From Acidobacteriota bacterium (GTDB taxonomy: Bacteria; Acidobacteriota; Vicinamibacteria; Vicinamibacterales; UBA8438), in NCBI GenBank assembly GCA_036336225.1, contig JAYZGM010000321.1, forward strand, positions 1 to 34,990: 34,990 bases of DNA. The letters run 5' to 3'. The notes beneath the pieces were generated by a model, which was not told the origin of the DNA, searched no databases, and was given only the letters and a program-made list of their open reading frames with translations. A program made the position numbers and the translations under genes. Below, piece by piece: positions 1 through 12,300 of the stretch; position 1 is the first letter of the stretch, and every line of letters starts with the position of its first letter.

Positions 1-157
1 GACACCATCGCGGGTCTCCGATACATGGCGGCGCACGGCACTGGCCGAAGCGGGTCGATTCCCCTTCCGTCGCTCTTTCATTCAAACAGGACAATCGGGC
101 CCTCCGCCAGTGACTCATTCAATGGATCACGGCGCCAAGACACGAGGAGCCAGTTTC

Positions 158-1033
158 ATGGCGAAAACACGACAGGCCCTGGGTCGCGGCCTCAGCGCGC
201 TGATTCCAGAGACCGCACCGCCGCCAACCGACCGGACAACGGAGGCGGATCTCGATCGCCTGACCCCCAACCGATTCCAGCCACGTTCGGTCCTTGATGA
301 GCTCAAGCTCGAAGAACTGTCGCGGTCTATTCGCAGCACCGGGGTCATTCAACCGATCGTCGTCAGGCGGGTCGGTGATGACCGCTTTGAGATCATCGCC
401 GGCGAGCGTCGGTGGCGGGCGGCTCAGATGGCCGGACTCCTCCGCGTGCCAATCGTGGTGCGCGATATCCCTGACGACAAGCTGCTCGAGGTTGCCCTCA
501 TAGAGAACCTCCAGAGAGAGAACCTCAATCCGATCGAAGTGGCAGAGGCTTATCATCGGTTGATCGAAGACTACAACCTGACTCAGGAGGATGTGGCCGC
601 TGCGGTGGGGAAGGACCGAGCGACGGTTGCGAACTACGTGCGACTGCTGGTATTGCCAGCCGAGGTGCAGGCCGACGTCGCGTCGGGCGTCTTGGCCATG
701 GGCCACGCACGGGCGCTACTCAGCCTGGCCGAGGAGGCGGATCGACGGCGAGCGGCTCGCGAGGTCGTGGCCAAGGGGCTCTCGGTGCGCGAAACCGAGG
801 GACTGGTCAAGCGGGTCAAGGCGCATTCGGAATCCACCGACGCCGGCAGCGTTTCATCGGCGCCGCCACTGGATGTCCACACCAGCGCCGCACAGGATCA
901 GTTGCGCGTGTCGCTCGGGACCCGGGTGCGAATCGTGCGTCAAGGGCGGAACAGCAACCGAGGCCGGATCGAGATTGACTTCGGTTCAGAGAACGAGTTG
1001 CAACGCCTCTTCGAACGTCTGACGGAGGACTGA
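158..1033 (+). CDS. parB: Chromosome partitioning protein ParB (Spo0J family)
   Basis: ORF 110..1033. It has the N-terminal MAKTRQALGRGLSALI box, the ParB box IIAGERRWRAA and a central HTH (TQEDVAAAVGKDRATVANYVRLL). I set the start at ATG 158 because GAGGAG (144-149) lies 8 nt upstream. GTG 110 is an in-frame alternative. Confidence 0.9.
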   Translation: MAKTRQALGRGLSALIPETAPPPTDRTTEADLDRLTPNRFQPRSVLDELKLEELSRSIRSTGVIQPIVVRRVGDDRFEIIAGERRWRAAQMAGLLRVPIVVRDIPDDKLLEVALIENLQRENLNPIEVAEAYHRLIEDYNLTQEDVAAAVGKDRATVANYVRLLVLPAEVQADVASGVLAMGHARALLSLAEEADRRRAAREVVAKGLSVRETEGLVKRVKAHSESTDAGSVSSAPPLDVHTSAAQDQLRVSLGTRVRIVRQGRNSNRGRIEIDFGSENELQRLFERLTED

Positions 1034-1040
1034 CCACCTC

Positions 1041-1070
1041 TTGCTGGTGGGTCTAACGCGGTGGTATAAT
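1041..1070 (+). promoter_or_regulatory. Candidate sigma-70 promoter with extended -10 (TTGCTG-N18-TATAAT, TG at 1062-1063)
   Basis: TATAAT at 1065-1070 is preceded by TGg (an extended -10). The -35-like TTGCTG is at 1041-1046. The site is about 225 nt upstream of atpH. This is a motif match only. Confidence 0.3.
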
Positions 1071-1292
1071 TGCTTGTTTTGCCCCGTTCAGGGTCGACGG
1101 CCTGTGTCAATTACCAGTGGCCAACCCGGTAGTCATCCAGGTGCAGATCGGTAGGCTGGGCGCCGACGATACGCCTCCTGCTCCGCAGACTGCATCGTGT
1201 TCCGAGTCAGCAAGTCGCGGACAACGGTTCTGGGTGAGGCGGCCCGTTCGAGTGGACACGACACTGCACATGTGTGAAAGACCCGATCGACG

Positions 1293-1838
1293 ATGACCAA
1301 TCGCACGGCGGCGGCTCGCTACGCCCGCGCGCTCTATGACGTGTGTCTCGACCGTCATGAACTTCGAAAAATCGAGGGCGACTTGGCCCAGTTTCACGAA
1401 CTGGTCACGGGCCACGAGATGCTCGGTCGCGTCCTGCAGAGCCCAGCCGTACCCGTACCGAACAAACGGGCGATTGTCGGGGAGCTCTTGAGCCGGCTTG
1501 AAGAGATTGCCCCACCGGTAGCCAAGCTCTTGGCCATGCTCGCTGATCGCGACCGGCTTATTCTGCTGCCAGAGATCATCCACGCGTATCGGGAACGTGT
1601 GCTAGACCACTTGGGTATCGTCGAGGCGCATGTCACCACGGTTCAGCCGTTGACGGCCGACCAGACGACCGCCATCCAACGTCTGCTCGCGGAGGCGAGT
1701 GGGCGGGAAGTGACGATGAGCACCGAAGTCGACCCCGGCATACTCGGGGGCATCGTGGCGCGTCTCGGCTCCACGGTATACGACGCGAGCATTGCTCGAC
1801 ACCTCGAACGTATGCGACAGACCTTGCTTGCTCGGTGA
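1293..1838 (+). CDS. atpH: F-type ATP synthase subunit delta (OSCP)
   Basis: 181 aa with N-terminal AARYARALYDV and C-terminal GGIVARLGSTVYDASIARHLERM, both typical of OSCP/delta. It lies directly upstream of atpA. Confidence 0.88.
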   Translation: MTNRTAAARYARALYDVCLDRHELRKIEGDLAQFHELVTGHEMLGRVLQSPAVPVPNKRAIVGELLSRLEEIAPPVAKLLAMLADRDRLILLPEIIHAYRERVLDHLGIVEAHVTTVQPLTADQTTAIQRLLAEASGREVTMSTEVDPGILGGIVARLGSTVYDASIARHLERMRQTLLAR

Positions 1839-1904
1839 CGCAACGCCGGACACTGACAAGATCAACGCCCTGGGACCCTCAAATCAGAACGAGAATTCTT
1901 TGCG

Positions 1905-3434
1905 ATGACCATCAAGGCTGACGAGATAACCAAGATCATCCGCGACGAAATTGGCGACTACTCCGTTGACGTGGACGTGGCTGAGGTTGGCACCGTCGTT
2001 TCGGTGGGTGACGGGATTGCGAGGGTCCATGGCATCGAGCGGGCCATGGCAACCGAGATGCTGGAGTTCCCCAAGGGTGTATTCGGCATGGCGCTCAACC
2101 TCGAGGAGGACGGTGTCGGCGCCGTGTTGCTCGGCCAAAGCAGCGAAATCAAAGAAGGCGACACGGTCAAGCGGACCGGGCGCATCATGTCGGTGCCCGT
2201 CGGAGAAGCGATGCTTGGACGCGTCGTCAATGCGTTGGGGCAGCCACTCGATGGCAAGGGGCCGATTGCGACTACCGAAACCGCTCCCGTCGAGAAGATC
2301 GCGCCGGGCGTTGTTGACCGACAAGGCGTCAAACAGCCGTTGCAAACGGGTCTGAAGGCGATCGATACCATGGTGCCCATCGGTCGTGGTCAGCGAGAGT
2401 TGATCATTGGTGACCGACAGACGGGAAAGACCGCGGTTGCGGTTGACACCATCCTGAACCAGCGTGGGAAGAACGTCATCTGCATCTATAACGCCATCGG
2501 CCAGAAGCAGTCGACGATCGCGCAGGTGGTCAAGACGCTCGAGGAGGCCGGTGCTCTCGAGTTCACGATTGTCGTCGCCGCCGCGGCGGCGGACCCCGCC
2601 TCGTTGCTCTTCCTCAGTCCCTATTCGGCCTGCGCCATGGGAGAGTACTTCCGCGACAACAGCCAGCATGCGTTGTGCATCTACGATGATCTTTCGAAGC
2701 ACGCGCAAGCCTACCGAGAGATCTCATTGCTGCTACGGCGCCCCCCCGGTCGCGAGGCGTATCCGGGCGATGTCTTCTACTTGCATTCTCGACTGCTTGA
2801 ACGGGCCGCGATGATGCGGAACGAGCTGGGTGGTGGGTCGTTGACAGCCTTGCCGGTTATCGAAACCCAGGCGGGCGACCTGTCGGCCTATATTCCCACC
2901 AACGTCATCTCGATCACCGACGGTCAGATTTTTCTCGAATCGGACCTGTTCCACCAGGGGGTGCGACCGGCCATCAACGTCGGAAACTCGGTGTCCCGGG
3001 TCGGCGGGTCGGCCCAAGTAAAGGCCATGCGTCAGGTGGCGGGCACCTTGCGTCTGGATCTTGCCCAGTACCGAGAGCTCGCGGCGTTCGCCCAATTCGC
3101 GAGCGATCTGGACAAGGCGACCCAAGACCAGCTCAATCGTGGAAAACGGCTGGTCGAGGTCCTCAAGCAAGGCCAATATGAACCCCTCCCGGTGGAACGA
3201 CAGGTGCTCATCGTGTATGCGGGTACCAACGGCTACCTGGACGGTGTCGACGAGACACTCGTTCAGCAATACGAGAGCGAGCTGTTTCAGTTTGTCGAAG
3301 GCCGCGAACCGTCGCTTTTCACTGACCTCGTGGAACGTGGTGCGATCGACGACGATCTAAAAGGACGCATCGTGGCGCTGCTCAAAGAGTTCACCGAGCA
3401 GTTCATCGCCGCCCGCAACACCGAGGCTGCCTGA
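1905..3434 (+). CDS. atpA: F-type ATP synthase subunit alpha
   Basis: 509 aa with P-loop GDRQTGKTA. The [12 protein letters not shown] and [22 protein letters not shown] blocks are characteristic of F1 alpha. Confidence 0.98.
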   Translation: MTIKADEITKIIRDEIGDYSVDVDVAEVGTVVSVGDGIARVHGIERAMATEMLEFPKGVFGMALNLEEDGVGAVLLGQSSEIKEGDTVKRTGRIMSVPVGEAMLGRVVNALGQPLDGKGPIATTETAPVEKIAPGVVDRQGVKQPLQTGLKAIDTMVPIGRGQRELIIGDRQTGKTAVAVDTILNQRGKNVICIYNAIGQKQSTIAQVVKTLEEAGALEFTIVVAAAAADPASLLFLSPYSACAMGEYFRDNSQHALCIYDDLSKHAQAYREISLLLRRPPGREAYPGDVFYLHSRLLERAAMMRNELGGGSLTALPVIETQAGDLSAYIPTNVISITDGQIFLESDLFHQGVRPAINVGNSVSRVGGSAQVKAMRQVAGTLRLDLAQYRELAAFAQFASDLDKATQDQLNRGKRLVEVLKQGQYEPLPVERQVLIVYAGTNGYLDGVDETLVQQYESELFQFVEGREPSLFTDLVERGAIDDDLKGRIVALLKEFTEQFIAARNTEAA

Positions 3435-3435
3435 C

Positions 3436-4308
3436 GTGCCTTCCCTTCTCGACCTCCGTAGACGTATTCGGGCCGTTAAGTCGACGGAACAGATCACGAA
3501 GGCGATGAAGGCCATCGCGGCTTCGCGACTTCGTAAGGCCCAGGACCAAATCATTAGCGCCCGTCCATTCGCGAATCAGATGCAGCGCGTGCTCAGTGGG
3601 CTGGCGGCTCAGGTCGACACCAGCGCCCACCCGCTGCTCACGCGCCGTGATCCAGGTGCTCCAGCTCGACCGACGCTGCTGATTGTGGTCACCGCCGACA
3701 AGGGGTTATGTGGCAGCTTTAACACCAACATTATCAAGGAGGCGGGTGGCGTCGTCACCGAGAGTCCCAGCTCCGGAATGTCGTTGGGGCTGGTCGGTCG
3801 CAAAGGGCGTGACTTCTTTGACAAGCGTGGGTTCGACGTGCAGTTCGAGTTGGTCAACATTTTCGCGCAGCTGAAGTACAGCCATGCGCAAGCGATCGCG
3901 CGGGCCGCCATCGACGCCTATACCGAGGTCAAGGTTGACTCGGTTCAGCTCATCTACAACGAGTTCAAGAGCGTGTTGCAGCAGCGCGTCGTCGTCAACC
4001 AGGTGCTACCCATACGACCAATCGAGCTGAGTGACGAGCGTGCCGAACGGTTACCAGACTACCTCTATGAGCCGGCGCCTGCGGCCATCTTTGACACGCT
4101 AATTCCTCGCCACGTCGAGATACAGTTCTATCGCGCGTTGCTCGAATCGGCTGCTGCGGAACACGCCGCCCGGTTGACCGCCATGGACGCCGCCAGCAAG
4201 AACGCGACGGACATGATCGAAGACCTGACCCTGTATATGAACAAAGTGCGGCAGGCCACGATTACCAGAGAGATCATCGAGGTGGTGTCGGGCGCCGAGG
4301 CACTCTAG
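3436..4308 (+). CDS. atpG: F-type ATP synthase subunit gamma
   Basis: GTG start 1 nt after the atpA stop. N-terminal LLDLRRRIRAVKSTEQITKAMKAIAASRL and C-terminal ITREIIEVVSGAEAL are typical of gamma. Confidence 0.95.
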   Translation: MPSLLDLRRRIRAVKSTEQITKAMKAIAASRLRKAQDQIISARPFANQMQRVLSGLAAQVDTSAHPLLTRRDPGAPARPTLLIVVTADKGLCGSFNTNIIKEAGGVVTESPSSGMSLGLVGRKGRDFFDKRGFDVQFELVNIFAQLKYSHAQAIARAAIDAYTEVKVDSVQLIYNEFKSVLQQRVVVNQVLPIRPIELSDERAERLPDYLYEPAPAAIFDTLIPRHVEIQFYRALLESAAAEHAARLTAMDAASKNATDMIEDLTLYMNKVRQATITREIIEVVSGAEAL

Positions 4309-4351
4309 CTGCTAGGTATTTCAGAGACGCGAGCCAGAGTAGGCCGCATGA

Positions 4352-5835
<1,484 letters not shown>

Positions 5836-5836
<1 letters not shown>

Positions 5837-6258
5837 TGGCGATACCCGACCATCTGACCCTAGAGATTGTCACCCCAGAGCGCGCGGTCGTCAGCGAGGC
5901 GGTCGACGAGGTCCAAGTCCCTGGGAGTGAAGGGTCGTTCGGTGTCTTACCGGGCCACACGCCGTTACTCGCGGCACTGCAAGTTGGTGAGCTCTGGTAT
6001 CGACGCGGCCAAGAGACCTCTTTTGTTGCCGTCTCGTTCGGGTTTGCCGAGGTGCTTCCGGACCGTGTCACGATCTTGGCGCAAATTGCTGAGTCGGCTG
6101 AGGAAATCGATGTCACGCGGGCCAAATCCGCGGAGAAGCGCGCCCGCGACCGTCTTGATCGACCCGTGTCTGAGATGGACTTTGAGCGCGCGCGGTTGGC
6201 CATGCTGAAGTCCCTGATCCGGCTGCGGGTGGCCACGCGAAGCCGACCCGGCGGCTAG
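5836..6258 (+). CDS. atpC: F-type ATP synthase subunit epsilon
   Basis: GTG start overlaps the atpD stop (TAGTG). 140 aa, with N-terminal LTLEIVTPERAV...VPGSEGSFGVLPGHTPLL typical of epsilon. Confidence 0.92.
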
Positions 6259-6312
6259 TCGGGCGCCGATCGTATCGGGTCCTAACTGTCGAGTCGCGGT
6301 ACACTCTGGCTC

Positions 6313-7080
6313 ATGTCCGTCTCTTCTGCTTCGGCCACGCACACAGGCCTGCGGCGGTCGACGAACGAAGACAATCTCTCGGTACGCGAGGATCTAGGGC
6401 TGTTTGTCGTCGCCGATGGGATGGGCGGGCACGCGGCTGGAGAAGTCGCGTCGCGTGTGGCGGTCGAAGGGATCGTCGCGTTTATCGAGGCGACGGTGGC
6501 CATGGCGTCTGAGCAGACCTGGCCCATTCCCTTTAATCCATCCTTGAGTGTGAATGCCAATCGCCTCCAGGCAGGGTTCTGGACGGGGAACCGGCGATTG
6601 GCGGCCCAGATCGAAACGGCGAGCGAGCTGCGTGGTATGGCGACAACCGCGGTGGCGATACTGGTTGACGTCCAGGTCAGTACGCTGGCCCATGTGGGTG
6701 ACAGCCGTGCCTATCGGTTGCGAGACGGTCAGATCGAGCGGCTCACTCGAGACCATTCGTGGGTAGAGGAGCAGGTCCAGGTGGGTGCGTTGAGCGAATT
6801 GGCAGCCCGTCAGCACCCCTGGCGCAACATCGTGACTCGTGCCTTGTCCGGGTCGGAAGACCTCGAGGTGGAGATTCAGGAGCTCCCGCTCGTGGGGGGT
6901 GACCGTGTGTTGTTGTGCTCCGACGGAGTCTTTACTGTGCTCAGCGACGAGCAAATCGCCAACGTGCTTCGTCGCGAGACCGACCCCGACACCGCCTGTC
7001 AGGCCCTCATCGGCGGCGCCAATGAGGGCGGGGGACCGGACAACGTGACCGCCATCGTGCTCGACCTCGATGCTGGCTAA
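6313..7080 (+). CDS. PP2C-family (PPM) serine/threonine protein phosphatase
   Basis: Motifs RRSTNEDN, FVVADGMGGHAAGEVAS, LLCSDGV and GGPDNVTAIV. The 3' end overlaps the next gene by 11 nt. Confidence 0.9.
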   Translation: MSVSSASATHTGLRRSTNEDNLSVREDLGLFVVADGMGGHAAGEVASRVAVEGIVAFIEATVAMASEQTWPIPFNPSLSVNANRLQAGFWTGNRRLAAQIETASELRGMATTAVAILVDVQVSTLAHVGDSRAYRLRDGQIERLTRDHSWVEEQVQVGALSELAARQHPWRNIVTRALSGSEDLEVEIQELPLVGGDRVLLCSDGVFTVLSDEQIANVLRRETDPDTACQALIGGANEGGGPDNVTAIVLDLDAG

Positions 7081-7864
7081 TCTGTCGCGACTCTTCCGTT
7101 ACCGTGGCCTCGTCCAAACCCTCGTTGCGCGCGAGCTCAAGGCGCGTTACCGAGGGTCGGTCCTGGGGTTCTTCTGGTCGTTCGTTAACCCGCTGTTGCT
7201 GCTGCTCGTCTACACGTTTGTGTTCACGCAGGTGCTGCCTCGGGGTGAGGAGGTCGACCTCGAGCCCTACGCCGTATTCCTGTTTTGCGGCCTGCTGCCC
7301 TGGACGTGGTTCTCGTCATCGCTGAGCGAGAGCGCAAATGTGCTGATCATCAACGGCAACTTGATCAAGAAGGTCATGTTTCCGGCGGAGATCCTCCCGA
7401 TCGTTTCCGTGATCGCGAACATGTTTCATTTTTTGTTCGGGTTGCCGATCCTGATCGCGTTCCTCTTTTTCTATGCGATCCCATTGCACGTGGCCGAGTT
7501 GGTCTGGTTTCCGTTCGTCATGCTCGTGCAGTTTGTGCTGACCCTGGGATTCTCGATGGTGTTGGCCGCCCTCACGGTACATTTTCGTGACATCAAGGAC
7601 TTGCTAATGAACGTCCTGACCCTCTGGATGTTTGCGTCACCCATCATCTATCCGATGACATGGTTGTCCCCGCGCGCCAAGTTCTTTATGGATTTCAACC
7701 CGTTTGCCCACCTGGCGATTTCATATCAAGAGATCTTGTTCTACGACGGTCCGTTCGGACATTGGAAGTGGCTGCTCGCATTGGCCGTAGCGGGAGGAGG
7801 ACTGTTCATTCTGGGCTACGCCTTGTTCGACCGGCTCCGAGATTCGTTTGCCGAGGAGGTGTGA
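7070..7864 (+). CDS. ABC-2 type polysaccharide/O-antigen or teichoic-acid export permease (Wzm/TagG-like)
   Basis: 264 aa. The N-terminal YRGLVQTLVARELKARYRGSVLGFFWSFVNP signature of ABC-2 exporters is followed by about 6 hydrophobic segments. Confidence 0.88.
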   Translation: MLANLSRLFRYRGLVQTLVARELKARYRGSVLGFFWSFVNPLLLLLVYTFVFTQVLPRGEEVDLEPYAVFLFCGLLPWTWFSSSLSESANVLIINGNLIKKVMFPAEILPIVSVIANMFHFLFGLPILIAFLFFYAIPLHVAELVWFPFVMLVQFVLTLGFSMVLAALTVHFRDIKDLLMNVLTLWMFASPIIYPMTWLSPRAKFFMDFNPFAHLAISYQEILFYDGPFGHWKWLLALAVAGGGLFILGYALFDRLRDSFAEEV

Positions 7865-7865
7865 G

Positions 7866-9203
7866 GTGGCGGCCATCGAGCTCGATCAGGTCACTAAGAT
7901 CTATCGCCGCCACGGGCACCGTCGGCAGTTCGCGACGCTCAAGAGTGCGCTGCTTACTGGGAGTTTGGTCCACGATCTTCGACCAGACGAGACGTTTAGG
8001 GCGTTGAGCGATGTGTCACTCTCGGTGCCCAAGGGGGTCTCCTTTGGTGTCATCGGCCGCAACGGATCAGGCAAGAGCACGCTGTTGAAACTGGTGGCGG
8101 GAATCACCAAGCCGACAAGCGGCCAGGTGCATGTGAAGGGTCGAGTTTCGGCCTTGATCGAGCTAGGGGCTGGTTTCCACCCCGAAATCAGCGGTCGTGA
8201 GAACGTCTTTATCAACGGCATCATGTTGGGTTTGTCGCGGCGTGAGATCGAACAACGGTTCGACGAGATTGTCGAATTTTCCGAGCTCGAGGAATTCATC
8301 GATGCGCCGGTGAAGACCTACTCCTCCGGCATGTATATGCGGCTTGGTTTTGCGGTCGCCGTCCACGTGGATCCTGAAATTCTGCTGGTGGACGAAGTCC
8401 TTGCAGTGGGTGACGAGGGATTCAGTCTGAAGTGTTTGGACAAATTTGCAGAGTTCAAGCGTCGGGGAAAGACGATTCTGCTCGTGACCCATGGCTTGTC
8501 GATGGTCGAGCGCTTTTGTGACGAAGCCGTGTGGCTCGAGGCCGGAGAAAATCAGACGACGGGCGATCCGAAGCGGGTCGTCCAGATGTATTTGACGGAT
8601 GTCGAGAAGGCGGAGGACGAGTTGTTGGCCGCGACCGACGCAAAAGCGCAACAGGCGCCGGTGATGGCATCACCTCCGAACCCGGTCGATGACGACACGC
8701 CACCCACTCCCGACCCATCCGCCCCGGTGGTGTCACCCGAGGACACCGCCTCCGGGCCCGAAGCGCAAGCGGACCCTGACGAGCCCCCGGCCGACATGTT
8801 CACGGCCTCGGAGGGTCGCTGGGGTTCCGGTTTGGTTCGGATCGAAGAGGTGACCCTCGAAGGCGAACACGGCGCGGCCCGTGTCTTCCATACGGGTGAA
8901 CGGATGACCGTCCGGATGCTGGTCGTCGCCGACCAGCCGGTTGATGACTTTGCGTTCGGGATCAGTATTTTCACGACCGAGGGCGTCTGCTGCTACGGGA
9001 CCAATACCCACATTGAGGAGCACGAGTCGGCATCCCTCGACGGGGCGGGGGAGGTGCGTTTTGTCATCGAGCGGCTTGACCTGGTCGAAGGGACCTACAA
9101 GATCGACGTGGCCGTGCACAAGCGAGATGGATTCTCGTACGACTACCACCGGCTGCTGTATACGTTTCGGGTCAAGTCGCGAACAAAGGACGTCGGGGTC
9201 TAG
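7866..9203 (+). CDS. ABC transporter ATP-binding protein, Wzt/TagH-like with C-terminal Wzt_C-like beta domain
   Basis: Walker A GRNGSGKST, signature YSSGMYMRLGF and Walker B ILLVDEVLAVGD. A Pro/Asp-rich linker is followed by a roughly 140-aa C-terminal domain. I prefer GTG 7866 because GAGGAGG (7853-7859) lies 6 nt upstream; TTG 7848 is the alternative. Confidence 0.88.
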   Translation: MAAIELDQVTKIYRRHGHRRQFATLKSALLTGSLVHDLRPDETFRALSDVSLSVPKGVSFGVIGRNGSGKSTLLKLVAGITKPTSGQVHVKGRVSALIELGAGFHPEISGRENVFINGIMLGLSRREIEQRFDEIVEFSELEEFIDAPVKTYSSGMYMRLGFAVAVHVDPEILLVDEVLAVGDEGFSLKCLDKFAEFKRRGKTILLVTHGLSMVERFCDEAVWLEAGENQTTGDPKRVVQMYLTDVEKAEDELLAATDAKAQQAPVMASPPNPVDDDTPPTPDPSAPVVSPEDTASGPEAQADPDEPPADMFTASEGRWGSGLVRIEEVTLEGEHGAARVFHTGERMTVRMLVVADQPVDDFAFGISIFTTEGVCCYGTNTHIEEHESASLDGAGEVRFVIERLDLVEGTYKIDVAVHKRDGFSYDYHRLLYTFRVKSRTKDVGV

Positions 9204-9369
9204 CGCCCACGTCACACCTGGCGTTTTAGTGACAACGTACGGTTCAAGCCTCCGGAGACGAAGACGTCCCCGGAATCTGGGAGAGACGGAGCGCCTGAAC
9301 CGTCGCCGGTGGTCTCAGACCCGTCCGTATCGCGGGTTGGTGTAGGCGACGCGTGACCGAGCTCACCCC

Positions 9370-12300
9370 GTGTCCAGCCCCTCTCTGACGCTGCAGGCGA
9401 CACTCAAGTCGGCCGCTACGCGGGCTGGTCTCGGTGGTGTGTCTCGTCCTGTGGCGGGTCTGTCGGCCGCGGCGAAGGGCCTGGCGGTAGCGGTGGCGGC
9501 GACGGACACACCGGTCGTGGTCGTGGTGCCGACCGACGGTGATGTCGAGCAAATGGTCGCGGACACGCGGTTTTTTTTGGGCAGTTTGACCGGGGCGACC
9601 ACCCACGAGCTTCGCCACCAAGTGGTGCCGTTTCCCTCACACGAAGTCGATCCATATCGGGGTCTCACGCCACACTTCGATGTGGTGGCGGCGCGCGGGC
9701 GGGCTCTACACGGTCTTGCCGCGAGGACGGCGCGGGTGGTGGTCGCAGCGGCGACGGCGCTGCTGCCCCGGCTGAGCGCACCCGACCGCCTGCTGGTGGC
9801 GGGGGCTCGTCTCATGACTGGCGCGCTCCTCGACCCACCCGACCTGGGTGACCTGCTCGCTGACGCGGGGTTTACCCCGGAGGACCCCGTCGACGCCCAT
9901 GGTGAGTTCTGCGTACGGGGTGGCGTCGTCGATTTCTTTCCGGCCGGAGACGAGCAACCGATCCGGGCCGAGTTCGCCGGTGACAGCTTAGAGTCGTTGC
10001 GGTGTTTTGACCCGGCGACCCAGCGGTCGACCAAGACGCTTGATCAAACAGAAATTCTCCCGCTGCGAGAACTCTTTGACACCCAGTCGAATGACGAGTC
10101 GGAGGGCGCGTTCGATCGCTCCGTTTGGTTCGCCAACTATACCGCCCGTGTGCCCGGATTACGTCTCTATTTGTCCGAGTCGGAGACATCGCGGGCGGGT
10201 ATCGAAGCCAGACTGGAGCAGGCCGCGGCGAGCTTTGGCGACGCGGAGGAGCGGGGCGACCTCGTGCTCCCACCGGACCAGTTGCTCGTCGACCGCGCGA
10301 CGCTAGAGACCTGGCTTGGGTCCGCGATCCGGCTCGAGCAACTTTGGGAAGACCAGGAGACGGCCGGTGACGCGACCCATGTTGGCTGTCAACCCGCGGT
10401 GGAGTTTCATGGACGGCTTGGTGACTGGGCCAGCGAAATTGCGCGGTGTCGTGACCGTGGTGATACCACACTCCTTGTCGCCGGCACTCCCGGTCGGGTC
10501 GAGCGGGTCATCGAGCTGCTCGCCGAATACGACCTGACCGCCCGGTCGATCGACCAGGCCGACGAGCTACGCGGCGCAGCGCTGCTGGTGGCCACCGGTC
10601 AGCTGACACGGGGGTTTCGCTTACCGGACGGCGGTCTCCAGATCTTTGCTGAGCCCGACGTTTTTGATGAGGAACGGCGTGTTCGGGAACGCCGCAGCGG
10701 TCAAACGCGGTCCTTTCTTTCTGATTTTCGTGATCTGAAGGCCGGTGATCGCGTGGTCCACGTGGACCATGGGGTCGGCGTTTTTGTCGGGTTGAAGCAG
10801 ATTCCAGTGGGTCTCGAGCAATACGAGTTCATGGAGCTGCGCTATGCCGGTCAAGACAAGCTCTTTGTCCCGGTTCAACAGATCGACCTCCTCCAGAAAT
10901 ACAGCGGTGCTCCGAAGGCGACCCTGGATCGCCTCGGGGGCACGGCGTGGGCGAAGACCAAGACCCGTGTCCGACGCGCGATGCGAGACATGGCAGAAGA
11001 GCTCCTCAAGCTCTATGCGGTGCGCAAAGCGCTCCCAGGCCACGCATTTAGCTCCGATGCGCATTGGCACCGCGAGTTCGATGACGCGTTCGAATACGAG
11101 CTGACCGCAGATCAGCAGGCCGCAATCGCTGATATCCGTCGTGACATGGAAGCGACTTCACCGATGGATCGCCTGTTGTGTGGGGACGTCGGGTACGGCA
11201 AAACCGAGGTGGCGATGCGGGCTGCATTCAAAGCGGTGATGGACACCAAGCAGGTCGGTTTCTTAGCCCCTACGACCGTGCTCGCCTTCCAGCATTTCAA
11301 GACCTTGACGGATCGATTCGCCGCCTTTCCGGTGCGTATCGAGCTCGTGAGCCGGTTCCGCTCCCGGGCTGAGCAGAAACTGACCCTGACCGACTTAGCT
11401 GCTGGAAAGGTAGACATCATCGTGGGTACGCACCGGTTGCTGTCCAAGGACGTGCAATTCCGGGAGCTCGGTCTGCTGATCGTTGACGAAGAGCAGCGAT
11501 TCGGCGTAGCGCACAAAGAGCGAATCAAGCAGATGCGGCGACGGGTTGATGTGCTCACGATGACCGCCACGCCGATCCCGCGCACGCTGAATATGTCACT
11601 TGTCGGGATCCGAGATATGTCCGTCATCGAAACCCCGCCCAAGGACCGACAGGCCATTCAGACCAATGTCGTGCGGTTCGACCAACAAGTGATCGCGCGG
11701 GCGATTCGAACGGAGCTCGAGCGGGGCGGCCAAGTGTATTTTCTGCACAGTCGGGTATCGTCGATCTACGCCATGGGCGAGTTTTTGACCCGGCTGCTGC
11801 CCGAGGCGCGGGTCGGGGTGGCCCATGGGCAGATGGAAGAAGGTGCGCTGGAGCGATGTATGGTTGACTTTGTCAAACACAAGTACGACATCTTGTTGGC
11901 AACGACGATCATCGAAAACGGACTTGACATACCCAACGCCAACACCTTGATCGTCAATCACGCCGAGCGGTTTGGGCTGGCCCAGCTTTACCAGCTACGT
12001 GGACGGGTTGGGCGCTCCGACCGCCGCGCCTACGCCTACCTGCTCGTACCGCCGGAAGGCTCACTCTCCCCGGTCGCACGACAGAGACTGGCGGCGATCC
12101 GGGAGTTCAGCGACCTCGGGAGTGGGTTCAGAATCGCGGCTCTCGACCTGGAGATCCGAGGCGCTGGCAATTTGCTCGGCGGGGAGCAGAGTGGGCACAT
12201 CGAGTCGATCGGGTTCGATATGTATGTGAAGCTACTTGAGCAGACCGTGCGAGAGCTGAAGGGTGAGGATGTCGAGGAGACGACGCGCGCGGCCGTCAAT

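Noticed and set aside
1-113. An open frame (frame 3) runs from the window edge to TGA 111-113. By synteny a parA/soj 3' end would be expected upstream of parB.
   Set aside because: The translated tail (…GSPIHGGARHWPKRVDSPSVALSFKQDNRALRQ) does not resemble the ParA/Soj C-terminus as I know it. Only 37 codons are visible, which is too little to call.
119-706. Long antisense or off-frame ORFs lie inside well-supported genes. Examples: 119..706(-), 1884..2708(-), 9363..10034(-), 16414..17193(+), 24453..25370(+), 24589..25341(-), 26083..26934(-).
   Set aside because: They are Arg/Pro/Ser/Gly-rich shadow ORFs, typical of high-GC DNA. Each overlaps a gene with clear family motifs on the other frame or strand.
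1034-1050. A CCACC-N7-GGTGG hairpin lies right after the parB stop.
   Set aside because: It is a 5-bp stem with no U-tract, which is indistinguishable from chance in GC-rich sequence.
1107-1583. A 158-aa minus-strand ORF partly fills the parB-atpH gap.
   Set aside because: Two thirds of it is antisense to atpH, and it has no recognisable motifs or SD.
9204-9240. A weak hairpin after wzt (GTCAC…GTGAC with CGCC…GGCG followed by TTTT) could be a terminator.
   Set aside because: The stems are only 4-5 bp with large loops, and the two pairings compete. That is not strong enough to call.
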